From contig NW_019028994.1 in NCBI RefSeq assembly GCF_002105155.1, forward strand, positions 434,001-498,000: a stretch of DNA of 64,000 bases, written 5' to 3'. Positions within the stretch are counted from its first letter, which is position 1, and each line of letters begins with the position of its first letter. This DNA is from Lobosporangium transversale (taxonomy: Eukaryota). The position numbers and the translations under genes are program-made. The notes below the pieces were generated by a model. That model did not search any database, was not told the DNA's origin, and saw only the letters and a list, made by a program, of their open reading frames with translations. This document shows positions 14,945 through 28,447 of the stretch, piece after piece.

Positions 14945-17281
14945 AAGGAGAACAAGGGTAAATCTGAAAGTTGCTCAACTCGCAACTATAATCAAATGGC
15001 TAATTGAACACGTGCCTTTTCTTTTTTTTAAATCAAATTCACATTCCAGTATCATTATTCCGCCACCTCAGGTCCCCCAAGAGATGTATACGCCCTCATT
15101 GGCTTCCCTGTCTAAGCCGGGGTATGTGATAACACGCTCATTACTGCAGGCATTGTGAATGTTTGAATAGATTATGATGTTTTTATTGCTTTCTAGCATC
15201 GCCAATACCCATTATTGAGTTCAAAATTACTACATGATCTCATTTAGGCCACTCTATCTTTTTCGAACGCATAACGTCCGTGAGATGGATCGTAAAATGA
15301 CTGATCTTTCCATTGAATTATACGCAACCTTTCATCTGCCTCTTTTGCAGATCGCGCTGAGTTCTACACCACTATCTCCAGAGATGCCAAAGTTTACACG
15401 GCTATATATCACTAAAAACAGGAGTTTATTGCATCATTGCCGTGATGAGCCCTATGCGAAGATTGCGATCTTGGTTGATTATCATGCAGGCAAGCCATTC
15501 ATTGCCGATGCTCAGACAACCCCTATTGGCGTAATAAAGCCAGGCTCGAGAGTGGTGCAGATCAAAGCGCGTGTAATCATTGCCAAGCCTATTGGGGATC
15601 GCCATGAGATGGTTACTGTGGGAGATCTCGATTGCCCAAGTGCCTGGATTATGATAGCATGCGTCAAAATTGTAGATATTGACGTGAATGTCCCCGCCAA
15701 GTTCGAAAGAGGCACTCTAAGCAAACTTCGCCATGAGATATTTGCTCTTAGCGGAAGCGCTCGACTCACTCCTGAGGAGGAGAGTGCATTTTCTGCGGCC
15801 TTAGGAATTGCGCCACCAAATGTAGTTGAGCACAAGCTGGAAGAATCTATTGCTGATACAGAATCCTTGAGTCAATCTACTGCTGTATCGAGCCCAACAG
15901 TCCTCGCGCCTGCTTCTTCTTCCTCTTCTTCCTCATATGATCAACAATCGGCTCAAGCAGCAAAAGCGCCCACTAAGACGATAGATACCATACTACCAGA
16001 AATAAGTTTAAGCTCATTTCGACATGCACCTTTGGCACTGGATAAAGAGTATGTGGGGTTGCAGTCTATTGTGAGGAATGTACCACTACCGCTAACAAAA
16101 AAAAAAAAAAAAAACTAAAATGGACTCAATTTAACTTTTAATTAATAGGAGCGCTGCTAAAACGGATCCTACACATCAAGAATCATCTGAGAAATCTCCT
16201 CCTCCCCCTATTCCTACATCACCTTCAATGCCTCTGAGTCACGTAAATGTCCCACTATCTTCAGTTCAGGCGCCCACACAAACCATGTCTTTACCTTCAA
16301 AGGACAAACTTGCACCAAAACGGTTGGAGCTTAATCCTGAAACAAATCTCCATGAATCAGAGCTGTCGAGCGAACAAATATCGCTAAGAGCCCTTTCAAC
16401 ACGTGAGATGCAGTTATTACGGGATCTAAAAGTGGTCTCTCAAGAAAAAGATGTACCGTACGTCTCCTGGAACTCGATTGAGCCAAGCTTGACAGTGGAC
16501 TCTGCTCACGGCTTGTTTAAGAGAATATACCATGTTCAAGGCGACGACAGCCTTGTCGTTCAAAACTTTAAGGAGATGGACGCCGAGTCATTTGAGCAAC
16601 GAGTCCGTGAGGTGGCATGCTTATTGAAGTTGCGTGGTTTGGAAGGAGTTGGCCAGATTCAGTCAATCATTGACGACGAGAGGGAGCAACTTGTTGGCCT
16701 CTCAATGACAAAGTGAGTGTTTCTCGATGGAGAAAATTTTTGGCCAATTTTCTCTATCTACAAAACCAATAACTAATTCCGTTGCATACATTTCTGAATA
16801 TACTTTTTAGATATGCATATACACTGAAGACATATGCTACTAGTGCAAGGAACCCTCCGAGCGCAGAACAAAAGCTATGTGTCATTCGAGATATGGTTGC
16901 AGCACTCGCTTCTATCCACAGCGCCGGTCTAGCCCATCGCGACCTGAGTGAAGTTAATATTATGATTGATGAGGATCCAGTAGCAAAACTGGCAGATGAA
17001 ACACCTCGCCCACTAGTCCGTGTTATTGATTTCGGAAAATCTGTCTTTGTTGAGCGAGAAGAGGTTATAAAATGGAGCATGAAAGAAGCGGTGCCTGAGG
17101 AGGAGCTGGATCTTCTTCCCTTAGTTGTTGTTCCACCTGATCATGGATATAAGCTCTACAGGTAAAGAACATTTTGTAGTCAATTTGGACGGTGTGTTCC
17201 ATTTTAGTGTGTATTTGATGCTTAGCCTCTGATGAGATTGTGGACTTTGTCAACTGATCTGCGTTTTCTTTTCTATTTCCT

Positions 17282-17312
<31 letters not shown>

Positions 17313-17736
17313 AAAAAAAAAAAAAAAAAAAAAAAATCACATTAGATCGATCCTGACGCTACCACGGTCTAAATTTGACCATGGACCTCTTCCACCTGTG
17401 GATCCTCAATTAGAAGACGTGTATTCAATGGGAGTCCTGATCTGGAGAGTATTTAGCGGCCAATCGCCATGGAGCGGCGTGATTGAAGACGACCTTACGA
17501 AGATTCGATATTTTGTCGGGACTGATAAACAAATCAGGTTCCAGTTGCAGCGTGAAGTAATCGGGGAGATGTCACGGGAGCTGCTGCTAAAGTGTTTGAC
17601 TGCAGATCCAGCGACACGATGGAGTGCTCAGCAATTGAATGAGTGGCTTCAACGGCCGGAAGTCTTGAAAAAGCTGCTAGAAGAGTTCAAAGCCAGCGGT
17701 GGAGGGCGTAAAAAGAGGAGCACAAGGAAGGACTGA
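12820..17736 (+). CDS. Bromodomain + atypical protein kinase domain protein; exons approx. 12820-13057, 13201-13503, 13647-14904, 15050-15121, 15248-16048, 16149-16712, 16811-17161, 17346-17736
   Basis: Bromodomain motifs (ILSNPVCHYFINKV, YHAVIKKPVDLSLIECKL, FEDDLKQIYQNAVVFNPPHS). Kinase motifs REVACLLKL, HSAGLAHRDLSEVNIMID, VIDFGKS, DVYSMGVLIW, CLTADPATRWSA. GT-AG introns link the ORFs in phase. Confidence 0.8.
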
Positions 17737-18237
17737 GGGGGAAACATAAATAGCTCCATTTTTTATTACTATAATCTTGGAGGATAAAACTTTGGAGCGA
17801 AATGGAGAGAACCAGAGATATAAGCAACCCCCATTCATGATTTTTCGTTACTTTACTAGAATATAATCTCAATCATCAAGGGACCCATTCTTTTCTTTTT
17901 CATTTTTTTCTTCCTTTTTTTGTTGTTTTCCCCTTTCCTTTATTCTCGTTTCTTTTTTCTTTTTTCTTTTTTCTCTCCCTTGTTCTTTCTTTTCTTCTTA
18001 TGCAATCCATGTTTCTATTAACTTGTAATAAAATATAATATTTGGTTTAAAATAGAGGCAACGTAGAACAAGGTTTATATCATTGCAAACATTTCACTAT
18101 TTCTAATGGACTGAAAAGAAGGAAAAAAAATAAAAATAAAAAAGCTAGAGTAGGATATAGGGTAGATACGTACAGATAACGGTATGGAAAGATAGGCCCT
18201 TGATGAGCTTTGGTAAATATATAAATACATAACGCAT

Positions 18238-19557
18238 TTACCATTCAAAGAACGCAGCAATATAGAATACTGCCAGAACGGCTGCAGTCCAGGCATGATC
18301 AAGGCATAACCCCGTTTTAGCTGCAGAGGATTGTTTTGCGTTGTTATTGCTGTCGTTATTGTGGTTGATGGTGTTGATATTACTGAAATTGGAGATGTTA
18401 TTCTTCGTATCCGAACTAGGCACAGATGTAAGAGAAGATCCAGCGGCAGAAGCAGGTACAGGGTCAGGGGCAGAAGCAGGAGCAGGGTCAGAAGATGCGA
18501 CTCTATTGACATGTACCTTGGCGGGGTTGGGCTTTCCACCCGGAGACGCTTGCAAGCCTTTGATGCGGAACTGGCGATCCTGGACGATCATGACCTTAGG
18601 GTTAGAGGATAGGACGGCAGAATTTTGCGGTGAGGCCTTCAACGAGAATCTGTCATTGCCACTTGCAGTAACGCTGGTATCAAGGATATGTCTTGTCTTT
18701 CCTTTGACTAAAAACTCGAGCAATGAATCAAACCGTTTCTTCATGCTGTTGTTGTTGTTGTTGTTGTTGTTACCGCTATTGTCCACTTGTTGTTGTTGTG
18801 AAGCTTCAACTGGTTTCGAGTCCGAAGTCTTCAAGATAATCCTGAATTTTTCTGAAAAATCAAAATCGGCATTTAGAGTCTTTGGGATTTTCCAAGATTT
18901 CCAAAGAAATGGTTGGTTCTTGCTAGCTTCCTCTTGTGGCACTTTAGTGCCCTCAGGGACCAAGGTCGCTATACGGATTTTGCCAAATTCATCATAGAGC
19001 TCCAAGGAAGCAGTTTTAGGAGGTTGAGAACCTTGAGGGGTCAACATCCAGAAATCAATTTGGGATTCTCCAGCAAGGTACAATGGGCGATAATTGAGAT
19101 AATAAAAATCTAGAGAAGGACCTGTAGTGGGTAAATAGGCCAGCTTTTGTTTGCCTGCAACCTGAGCCTCAATCCGAAGTTGAAGAGGCAATGCATTAGG
19201 ATCAGACATCGAGAATGACATGGCGTTGACAACTTCCTTGGGCGCTATAGTATGTTTTGCTGGAGCAGCATCCGAGACTGAAAGAATACTTAAAGCGAAA
19301 CATGTTAGACAAAAGAGTGTAATGGCCCTTCTTGCTGTCGAAAGAATAGAGTAGGAAGAGGAGGATCGGATATATTTTTGCTTGATCACTGATTTGGAAA
19401 TTAATGAGCCACGTATTGGTAAAGTAGAGAAGGATGCTCCCGTGTTGATAGATGCAGGCTGGAAGAGGCCTCCTGTAGGCACTGGTATGGTCAAGGGCAG
19501 CATGAGCTTCCGGAGCGACGATCTCAAAAACGTTGACGAGACTGAGATCTTTAGCAT
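18238..19557 (-). CDS. Uncharacterised secreted/surface protein, probably GPI-anchored, with a possible Kre9/Knh1-like Ig fold; start uncertain
   Basis: 439-aa ORF with a hydrophobic signal-like stretch (ITLFCLTCFALSILSVSDA), a beta-rich core, an S/P/A/N-rich stalk, and a C-terminal small-residue site (SSAA) followed by a hydrophobic tail (AWTAAVLAVFYIAAFFEW). Confidence 0.7.
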   Translation of the reverse strand: MLKISVSSTFLRSSLRKLMLPLTIPVPTGGLFQPASINTGASFSTLPIRGSLISKSVIKQKYIRSSSSYSILSTARRAITLFCLTCFALSILSVSDAAPAKHTIAPKEVVNAMSFSMSDPNALPLQLRIEAQVAGKQKLAYLPTTGPSLDFYYLNYRPLYLAGESQIDFWMLTPQGSQPPKTASLELYDEFGKIRIATLVPEGTKVPQEEASKNQPFLWKSWKIPKTLNADFDFSEKFRIILKTSDSKPVEASQQQQVDNSGNNNNNNNNSMKKRFDSLLEFLVKGKTRHILDTSVTASGNDRFSLKASPQNSAVLSSNPKVMIVQDRQFRIKGLQASPGGKPNPAKVHVNRVASSDPAPASAPDPVPASAAGSSLTSVPSSDTKNNISNFSNINTINHNNDSNNNAKQSSAAKTGLCLDHAWTAAVLAVFYIAAFFEW

Positions 19558-22500
19558 TGTTTATAGTCAATGATTTCTGAGAACGCGTAGCGTAGGAAAA
19601 AAAGGCGACTATCAGAATGGAAAATGGGGACGATAGGAATACAAAGGAATAGGGGGGAGTCCTCAAAGAGAGAGTATTAAATACCCCAGTATCGAGAAGA
19701 AGCGAGTTGGGGGTTTTTTATTGTTTCGGTTCATTATGCAAGGACATTGCACGGCGGTCAGAAAATTAATTTTTACTCTTTTTACTGGTAGTCTTCGTAT
19801 TTTATGTCATTCCACATTCTAACATTACCCAAGTTTATTTTTTATTTTTTATTTTTTATTTTTTTATTTTATGTAATACTATTTCCACTGTCGGAGGGAG
19901 ACGATCAGCAGTTTGGAAAAATAACGATCAATAGGGAAAAAAGATGTTTTAACATCAATGTGTATTTATGAATATGTTCATGAGTATGTCTAGGATGATC
20001 ATAGAATGTCTGACTCGAGGGTCTATTGCAATTTCAACTGAATCGAGTCTTAAGAACTTCGAGGAAATACAATTCACCGAAAAGAAAAGAAAAAAAAAAC
20101 TTGCTGTGCAAGCCAGAAGTAAGAAGATTTAAAATCTCTAGATACGATAGCTACACGTTGACTATGGTGCATAGTTTTTTCAAGCCTCCTTTTTACTCTA
20201 ATATTCAGTGTACTATTTGAGATGCCGTTGTTTTATGAGCAATGTGGTGTGCGATCGAGGCTGGATCCCTCTTACACTCTACCACCATACATAGATTAGA
20301 ACGTATTCTAAACTTCGAGTCCGAGCCTCGGAAACTTCTTAGGCTGTCGATGATTCATTAGAAGTGGTTTACATTGATAAGCAAGCCTCTAGTGAGGAAA
20401 GAGCATCTAAAGCACATGGAATGAGCCTGCTTTTGATCTCTAAAACTAAGAAGAGATAGAAATAAAAGTATGAACAGGATGATTGCAGTATCTGGCGATG
20501 GATTTGAAATGAAAATGCGGGGGCGGTGAACTTTTTTTTTTTTTTTTTTTTTTTTCTATATTTTGTCTGTTCAAAGGGAAAAAAAAAAAAAAAAAAAAGA
20601 AAAAAAAAGTCTGATCTGCATGGCATGGTGCAAGGGAGTATTTTTACTAATGCTCGGTTGAAATTTTAAATTAAACAAATTTTTAATGATAGGGAGAGAT
20701 AGAGAAGCGTAACTATATTTATTGGAGCATGCTTGTTAACTTTTCTTTTCTTTTTTTTCTTTGCGGGGTAATGCATATATGACGAAAGTTCAAATCCATT
20801 CCTATTGATAAGAGCATTACATCTTTTGCTAGAAGAATACTTTTTTTTGCCCGTCTGCATTAGCTTGGATATTCGAGGGCTGTCAAAAGTGGATAAAATA
20901 TATACTTTAATTGATCAAAAAGTAAAAATGCGGGGTAAACTTTCATGTTGATCTTCTCCACTTTTTTCCATTTTCCATTTTCCATTTCCCTTTTCCTTTT
21001 CTCTTCTTTTTTTTTTTTTGTCATTTGCATAACTAACTTCCTTAGCGTCATTTTACCCCGCATTTCAATCCCAGTTCTTGAGCATTTGAGCATATCGGGC
21101 ACTCATTAACGAGTGAAGTGATTTCTGTATATGGAATTCGAGACCAAGGGTTCTTTTGTAATTATTGCCAGGCAGGTCTCTTTATTGGGTCCTTATCATA
21201 ATTGCCACGTAATATTTACATCTTTTGAATAAAAATGCAGCTGCACTTCCAAACTTCAGGAAGTAATAGTTGGAGCATGGATGAATTCGGAGATTCACAT
21301 ATGTTTGTCATTCAGCTACTGCGTTCTTTCAAGATAGTGAAAGCTAAAGCATTACCTTTTTTTTTTTTTTTTTGCTCTAGGCTAAGATAGAATGACTCGG
21401 TGCCTTCATCAAAATAAAGCAGTTTAGACGCGATCTTTTCGACATTATAAGAGCTATGAAATGCACTCCTTCATAGGATGATGATTGCTACAGAGGAAAA
21501 AGTCATCAACGTCAGCATCCTCAAAAAATAGACATTAGAGAAATAAATACTGTAATGGCTTAACGCTTTCTTTTCTTTCTTTCTTTCTTAAGAAATAAAT
21601 AAGTAAAGGCCAGCAGAAGCCATTTGTTCATTTAAGCAACCTGGCAAAGCCTTATGCGGAAATGATCCATACAGATTTACTTCAGTGTTCCTGAATGAGG
21701 TTTTAGATCGAGGTTGGATCCTTTATTTATTTTATTTTTTTATTTTTTCTATGCTTTTTCTTATGTTGACCTTAATCCGAGTTCAGACCTCAAACAAGAC
21801 TTGTCATAGTAATATTGCTTTAAATTTTTGGAAGACCCTCCTCTAACCAAGCTTCTCCTCTCACTTTTATCTCTTCTATGTCTAGGCCAAGTGCGCTTTG
21901 TTACTACCTTAGATGAAGCGGTGCATGCACACTTCAGTGACCCCAGGAAGAAATGGAGAAACGAACCAACCGTTAGCCAATAAATTCAGTTGAGCGTCGT
22001 ACAGATGTGGGTGATGTAGGAATCTTAAATTTTTCCGTGCAAAATGTCGACGCAACACCAAAGTGGACGAAGATCTATACAATAGAGTTGTACCGAATAG
22101 AACTTTAAAATATCAAAGAGTAATTTAATATCTACTAATGTTCTTATATACATTTCCGGATGAAAGAAGCCGAGCAATACATCGTCTAGTTTTTAGTCTC
22201 CGAATACTTTTGGCATATACATGTACAGGAGTGAGTATGCAATGTAAACGAACAGAAAAACAAAACCTGTTACTCTTTTTTTTTTGTTTGTTTCTGTTTT
22301 TGAACCCTTCCTTACATTGTACACATTTCAATTTCCGAGGAGACCCTGCCCATTTAATACCATTTTTAATTTGAGGTACTTAAATGATCATGACACAAAT
22401 CATTAAACAAATAAAGCAAAGAGATTTTGTTTTATAATTATCAGAGATTGAAGGATAAACGACGTGATTTATGTTGGAAATAATTTGGAAACTGGAAATA

Positions 22501-23120
22501 TTCTAGTCTTGTTTCGAGCGTGCTTATGATATAGGTTACAAGTGAACGAAGGATAAAGAGTGAGAGAAGGTGGTTGTCAAGTGCATCCTTAATATTTGCC
22601 ACAAACCCTCAAAATGTGGAGGAAATTGATCAGAAAAGCAAAAGAGGGAAGGAAGGCCATTTTTTACCTCCGAGATCCGGAACAATTGGATTCTTTTTTT
22701 TTTTTTTTTTTTTTTTTTGCTTTTTTGACAGCTGTTCCGTTACTATTACATTTCTATTTCAACTTCACTTGCCTCTAGGCAATCAATCTAACCCCCTATT
22801 TAAACGTATACTAAACAATTTTGCTATATTTTTTTCCAAGCCATTATCGCAGAACCTTGAATTCCTACCCTCCGATAACGCCTGCCCAAAAAAAGACTTA
22901 TATGCATTCTCAAAAAAACTATAAAAGAGAAGCCCCGCTAGACCCTCATTCACTTTTTTCTCTTTTTTACTTGGCTCTTCCTTTCTCCGATCGGGCCTTC
23001 TTTATCCTGTCTTCTCCATTCTTATACATTCGTCTTCACTCTTCTGTATCTGTTGATCTACTCCAAACCATTTTTATCTGTGAAAAGTCTTTCCTTTTGA
23101 CATCGTCATCTTGCACTTTG

Positions 23121-23150
23121 CAACAACAACAACAACAACAACAACAACAA
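23121..23150 (+). repeat. (CAA)10 microsatellite upstream of MFS copy 1
   Basis: Perfect CAA tandem run. Confidence 0.9.
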
Positions 23151-23555
23151 GACCCCTTCTGCTTGTCAACAAAAATAACAACATCAATATACCCAAAATA
23201 CCCCTGAGAATTCAGATTCAGTGTCTCAAATTTCCAAGCAGCTGTTTGACATCACGGACCTGGTCACACAGAATTCCTCTTCCTCTTTGCCTACACAACT
23301 GTAGTTCAAACATATCATATTCAACAAGTTTATTGCTTCATTACCCATATTGAAGAGAAAAAAAAAAATATTGCAATACTATCGACTTGTTGACAAGGTC
23401 GTTTACTTCTTTTATACTTCTCTTCCTCAAACACCATTTTTTGGTGTATGGTTCCAAAAAAATAATACATTCATATATCCTTTCTTCCATTTGTCAGATC
23501 AATCTGACCTCATATCACATTCTTTTTTGATTCCCCGCGCCTCGGCAATCTCAAC

Positions 23556-24023
23556 ATGACCAAATTCAACCTATTCCACTCAAGTCAAGGGAAGACTCTT
23601 ACTAATAGCAGTGCTAGCTCTGTCCAGGAAAAGACAGAAAAGACAGCTGCTCATCATCATACCAAGCGACGTGCCTCATCTAGGCGTTCATCCTACGATT
23701 CTGCGATACAGGGCAATGGAGTTGTTCTGGCTAAAAATGAGCGTTATGATGCCGCACACCATGATCATGCCCATCATAGTCGTCCTGCCTCTATCAATGC
23801 ACCTTTCGAGGATGGAGTTGTAATGGAATCCGGTATCCGAGGCTATCTCGTTGTCTTTGGTGGTTTCTTGGTAAGAGGCAAATATTTTTTTATAATTCCA
23901 ATTACCAGTCCCTTTTTATTCACGGGACATGTTTTTATCCAGTGTTTGTTTCATTGATAAAGACCACTGTGTAAAAAAGCCACGTGTATTCCAGACACAG
24001 AGTTTGAACTTTAAAAGGGGGAT

Positions 24024-24058
<35 letters not shown>

Positions 24059-25331
24059 CGTGGATTATCTCTACTTCCATGTGTTTGAGTGTTTGAACTA
24101 CATATTCATGGGTTCATATTTAGTCTAACCTTTTCCTTTGTATGGTAATAATACGTTGAAAATGTAGATCATTTTGGCTGCAATCGGCTATGTCTCTATT
24201 TATGGGATTTTTCAGTCTCAATACACTGATATCTATGCTGCTAAAGGGGCATCCGCTTCTAGCGTCTCCTTTGTCGGATCCTTGGCTGTTGGCTTCCAGT
24301 TTGGCTTTACCATCATCTCTGGCCCCGTGATGAACCGCTTTGGATACAAGGTCGTCCTCTGGTCGGGTACCATCGTTGGTTCATTGGGTTTACTGCTTGC
24401 ATCATGGGCTACTGAGCTTTGGCATCTATACTTAACTCAGGGTGTCATGTTTGGTATCGGTGTCTCACTCCTTAACCTCGCTGCGACTGCTATCCCTCCT
24501 CTGTGGTATGCCAAGAATCGCTCGCTTGCTATGGGTATATGCTTTTGCGGTGCTGGTGTAGGAGGTCTTGTTCTAGGCTTTATTATCCCTGCATTGATCA
24601 ACGCAGTCGGAATCTACTGGACCCTTCGCATCTTTGCGATCTTCCATTTCGTCTGCACAGCATTTGCTTCGCTTGTGATGCGAGCGCCTCGCCAGCTCTC
24701 AGGTCCACCCATTGACATTCGCAAGGATACGATCAATCTTCAAATCCTCAAGGATCCAGGCTTCATGCTCTGGTTCATTAGCGCTGCCCTTTTCGGCTTT
24801 GCATATGTTGTTCCTTTTACTTATGTACCTTCATATGCTAAGGACGTCGTTGGCCTTGACCCTAATGTCCAAGGTGGTCAACTGTTGTCTATTATGTCAG
24901 CTGCCAATGCTGTGGGCCGAGTCATGATTGGCATCGCTGCTGATCGTATAGGGGCTATCCGAGTGGCTACTTTTACGTTCGTGGCTGCTGGAGCGTCTTG
25001 CTTCATTTGGATGTTCTCGCATTCGTATGGTGCCCTTGTTGGATTTGCAATCGTACACGGTTTCTTCTCGGGCGGATTCTTCACATTGGTGGCATCGATC
25101 ACAGCCAACATTGTGGGATTGACTCATTTGGGGTCTGGTTTGACAATCATCTTTTTGACCAATACACCTGGTAACTTATTTACACTTCCTATTGCTGGCA
25201 AGATAGTGGATTCTGTTGGTGGCTACAAAGCGATGGTTGGGTATAATGCTGCCATGTACCTTGGTACAGGCCTGCTTCTGTGCATCTTGATGTTTTATAA
25301 TCATTATACCAAGAGGGTTGATGCTATTTAA
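23556..25331 (+). CDS. MFS transporter, monocarboxylate porter (MCT/Mch-like), copy 1; exons 23556-23870, 24168-25331
   Basis: GYLVVFGGFL TM1 motif, SGPVMNRFGYK (MFS motif A), WYAKNRSLAMGI, AVGRVMIGIAADRIG, about 12 hydrophobic segments. Confidence 0.92.
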
Positions 25332-26819
25332 AAAAAAAAAAAAAAAAAAAAAAGTAGCTTTTCCCTGTTTATAATTTAAATTAATAAAGTATATATTTTC
25401 ATTCTATCCATGTATAAAATAAAATACATCGTTGCCTCAAAAGGTCAATCAGGGTCTTGAAACAAAGTCTGTGCGCAAAAGCGTCAATGTCAACAGTCAA
25501 TAGTTTTGAAACTTTCGTTCTCGATCATCGCAGCGTTGAAGAAATAGAGGGCATAAAGCGGATAGTCTCAATTGTTCTGGGGTGGCGGTGCTATTAGGCA
25601 CGTGATCAGTTTACCATGTCAAGCATTGCTTTTTTTTTTTTTTTTTTTTTTTTAATCTGGAACTACACAACCTCCTGAGTTAGTCGAAAACAGGATACTC
25701 GAACAGAACAATGTGCTCATGTTATGCAAAGTCTAGTGGACGACAGCTGCTTGATAGCCAGTCAGTTGCCTCTTGCAATCATTTCAAAGATGTAAGTGTT
25801 CGCCTTTAGGATACTCAGTCTAGGTCACTTCATATGTGCTCTGCAGATAAACGTTTTGTATATAATATCCAGAGCGTTATTCTCACCCGGCAGCTATGTC
25901 AATAAAAGGGTATAAAACCAATATATATATAAAGACTAAAGCATCTCCAAGAAGCTGCACCTCTTTCTTCATTTTACTCCTATGGTTTGAATGTGATTCT
26001 GAAAAAATGCTAAGCAGTCTACATAAATATTTGTTTTTAAGTTTACTCTCTTATTCGTACATACACTTTTATCAATGGAAACTACTACTAAGTCTATGTA
26101 AAAAGGTACATAATACTTTCAAGCGGGCGCAAGTGAAACAAAGACGGCTCTTGTTTCGATAGGAAAATTAACATGGAGAAAATTTAGTCCACAACAGCAA
26201 AACGACGACAGAAGGTTTTTATTGTCACGCAGGGATTGGGACAATAAATACATGAAGGTGATCAAAACTTCGGGCCTTTTACTCATCCAAGTGCAAAAAA
26301 ACATAAAAAAAAATAATAATAAAAAAAGAAAAAGGAAAATGCATTAACTAAATGTCGACCTTCTGCTGAAGGGATGTATCCAATGGGTTCTCCATAGGGC
26401 GAAGGTTTGCTGTCTGTTTATTGGCACCATACGGGCTGTGCCATGTTTCATGACAATCCTCATTTTGATTATGTAGGTCGCCAATTTTCTTTTGAAAGAG
26501 TAGTGATGATATTGTTGATAGATTTTTTAGTACTTTGAGATAAAGATGATGAAGAAAAAGAGGCATTGTCCTTTGTTATCACACAAAGGACGTGTTCCAA
26601 CAATATACCCTTTTTATATGCCAACAAGTGTTCTTGCTATAATTTATCCTCAATGGCATGCTGAATATTAACTCTTTTAGTTGCGAGGCGCATATGAAAT
26701 GACTACGGGCGCTGCAAACACTATTGTATATTTGGACCAGTAGTCTAAACGATTTATTTGGTAAAGTTCCCTTTTTTTTTAATTGTTATTATATACATTA
26801 TTATATTTTTTGTTTTTGT

Positions 26820-28447
26820 TTAAACAGAGTCGACCCTTCTGGTATAATGGTTATAAAACATCAAGATGCATAGGAATAGAGCCGATCCAAAGTACATGGC
26901 TGCATTGTATCCAATCATTCCCTTGTAGCCGCCAGTAGATCCCAACATATTGCCAGCAATAGGAAGAGTAAGTATATTGCCGGGCGTATTCACCAAGAAG
27001 ATAATTGTCAATCCGGACCCCAAGTTAGCCAGTCCTATGGTATTGGCTATAATCGCTGCCACCAAGATGAAGAATCCACCGGAGAAGAAACCGTACATGA
27101 TTGAAAACCAAACAAGAGCACTATACGAATATGAGGCCATCCAAAGGAAACAAGACGCTCCAGCTGCCATTAAAATAAACGTAGTCACACGGATGACCCC
27201 TAGGCAATCAGCAGCAAAACCAATCGTGATAAGGCCTACCGCATTAGCGGCTGACATTATAGATATCAAATGGCCACCTTGGATATTGGGATCAAGGCCA
27301 ACAACATCTTTAGTATATGAGGGGATATAAGTGAAAGGAACCATGTATGCGAAGCCGAAGAAGGCAGCACTAATAAGCAGGAATATGAACCCCGGGTCCT
27401 TGAGGATTTGAAGGTTGAGTACCTCCTTGGGAACGATAATGCGTGAGCCTGAGAGCTGACGAGGTGCTCGTATCACAATCGAAGCAAATGCTGTACAGAC
27501 GAAATGAAGGATTGCAAAGATACGAAGGGCCCAGCGGAGTCCGACAGCATTGATCAATGCAGGGATAATGAAGCCGAAGACAAGGCCACCAATACCAGCA
27601 CCACAGAAGCATATACCCATAGCAAACGATCGATATTTATCATACCACAGAGGAAGGATCGCTGTCACAGCAAGGTTAAGGAGTGAGACACCAATGCCAA
27701 ACATGGCACCCTGAGTCAGGTATAGATGCCAAAGCTGACTACCCCATGAAGCAAGTAGCAAACCTAATGAGCCGATGATGCTACCTGACCAGAGGACAAC
27801 CTTGTATCCAAAGCGGTTCATAAGAGGACCAGAGATGATAGTGAAACCAAACTGGAAACCAACAGCCAAGGATCCGACAAGGGAGACATCAGAAGTAGAT
27901 GCTCCTTGAGCGCCATAGATATCATCATATTGAGACTGGAAAATACCGTAGATGGAAACATAGCCGATAGCAACCATAATGGTCTATGTTATTCAGATGT
28001 TTGTCATTTGTTGAGGAGTAGAAGAGCTGAGTTAGCACTAACAAATCAGGTTTTGTATTTGAGGAAGGATATGCAATTTTTTTCCTTTGAATCAGTGACA
28101 CATCACTGAATCAGACACACGCGCCACCCCTTCCTAGAAACGGTATAGTCCCTTACCAAGAAACCGCCGAGGACAACGAGGTAACCTCGAAAACCAGACT
28201 CCATTACAACTTCCTCTCCGAATGTCGATGCCGTATCGACATACGTAAAAGGATCGCGGTAGTTATGTTCATGGTGGCCCAAATCATATGCCTCATCCTT
28301 TTCCAGAACAAGTTTATTCCCCTGTATCGGAGCCTCATAGGATGAACATCTAGAAAAAGTCTTTTCTGTCTTCCCTTGAGCAACGCTGGCATTGCTGTTC
28401 AAAAGAGTTTCCTCTTTGTTTGGATATAGCGGGCTGATTTTAGTCAT
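26820..28447 (-). CDS. MCT/Mch-like MFS transporter, copy 2; exons 28447-28157, 27983-26820
   Basis: Paralog of copy 1 with the same intron position after GGFL; open frame. Confidence 0.9.

Noticed and set aside
28090..28115. Small hairpin TCAGTGA-CACA-TCACTGA in the MFS copy 2 intron, with related sequence in the copy 3 intron
   Set aside because: The 7-bp stem is not preserved in copy 3; residual paralog similarity is enough to explain it.
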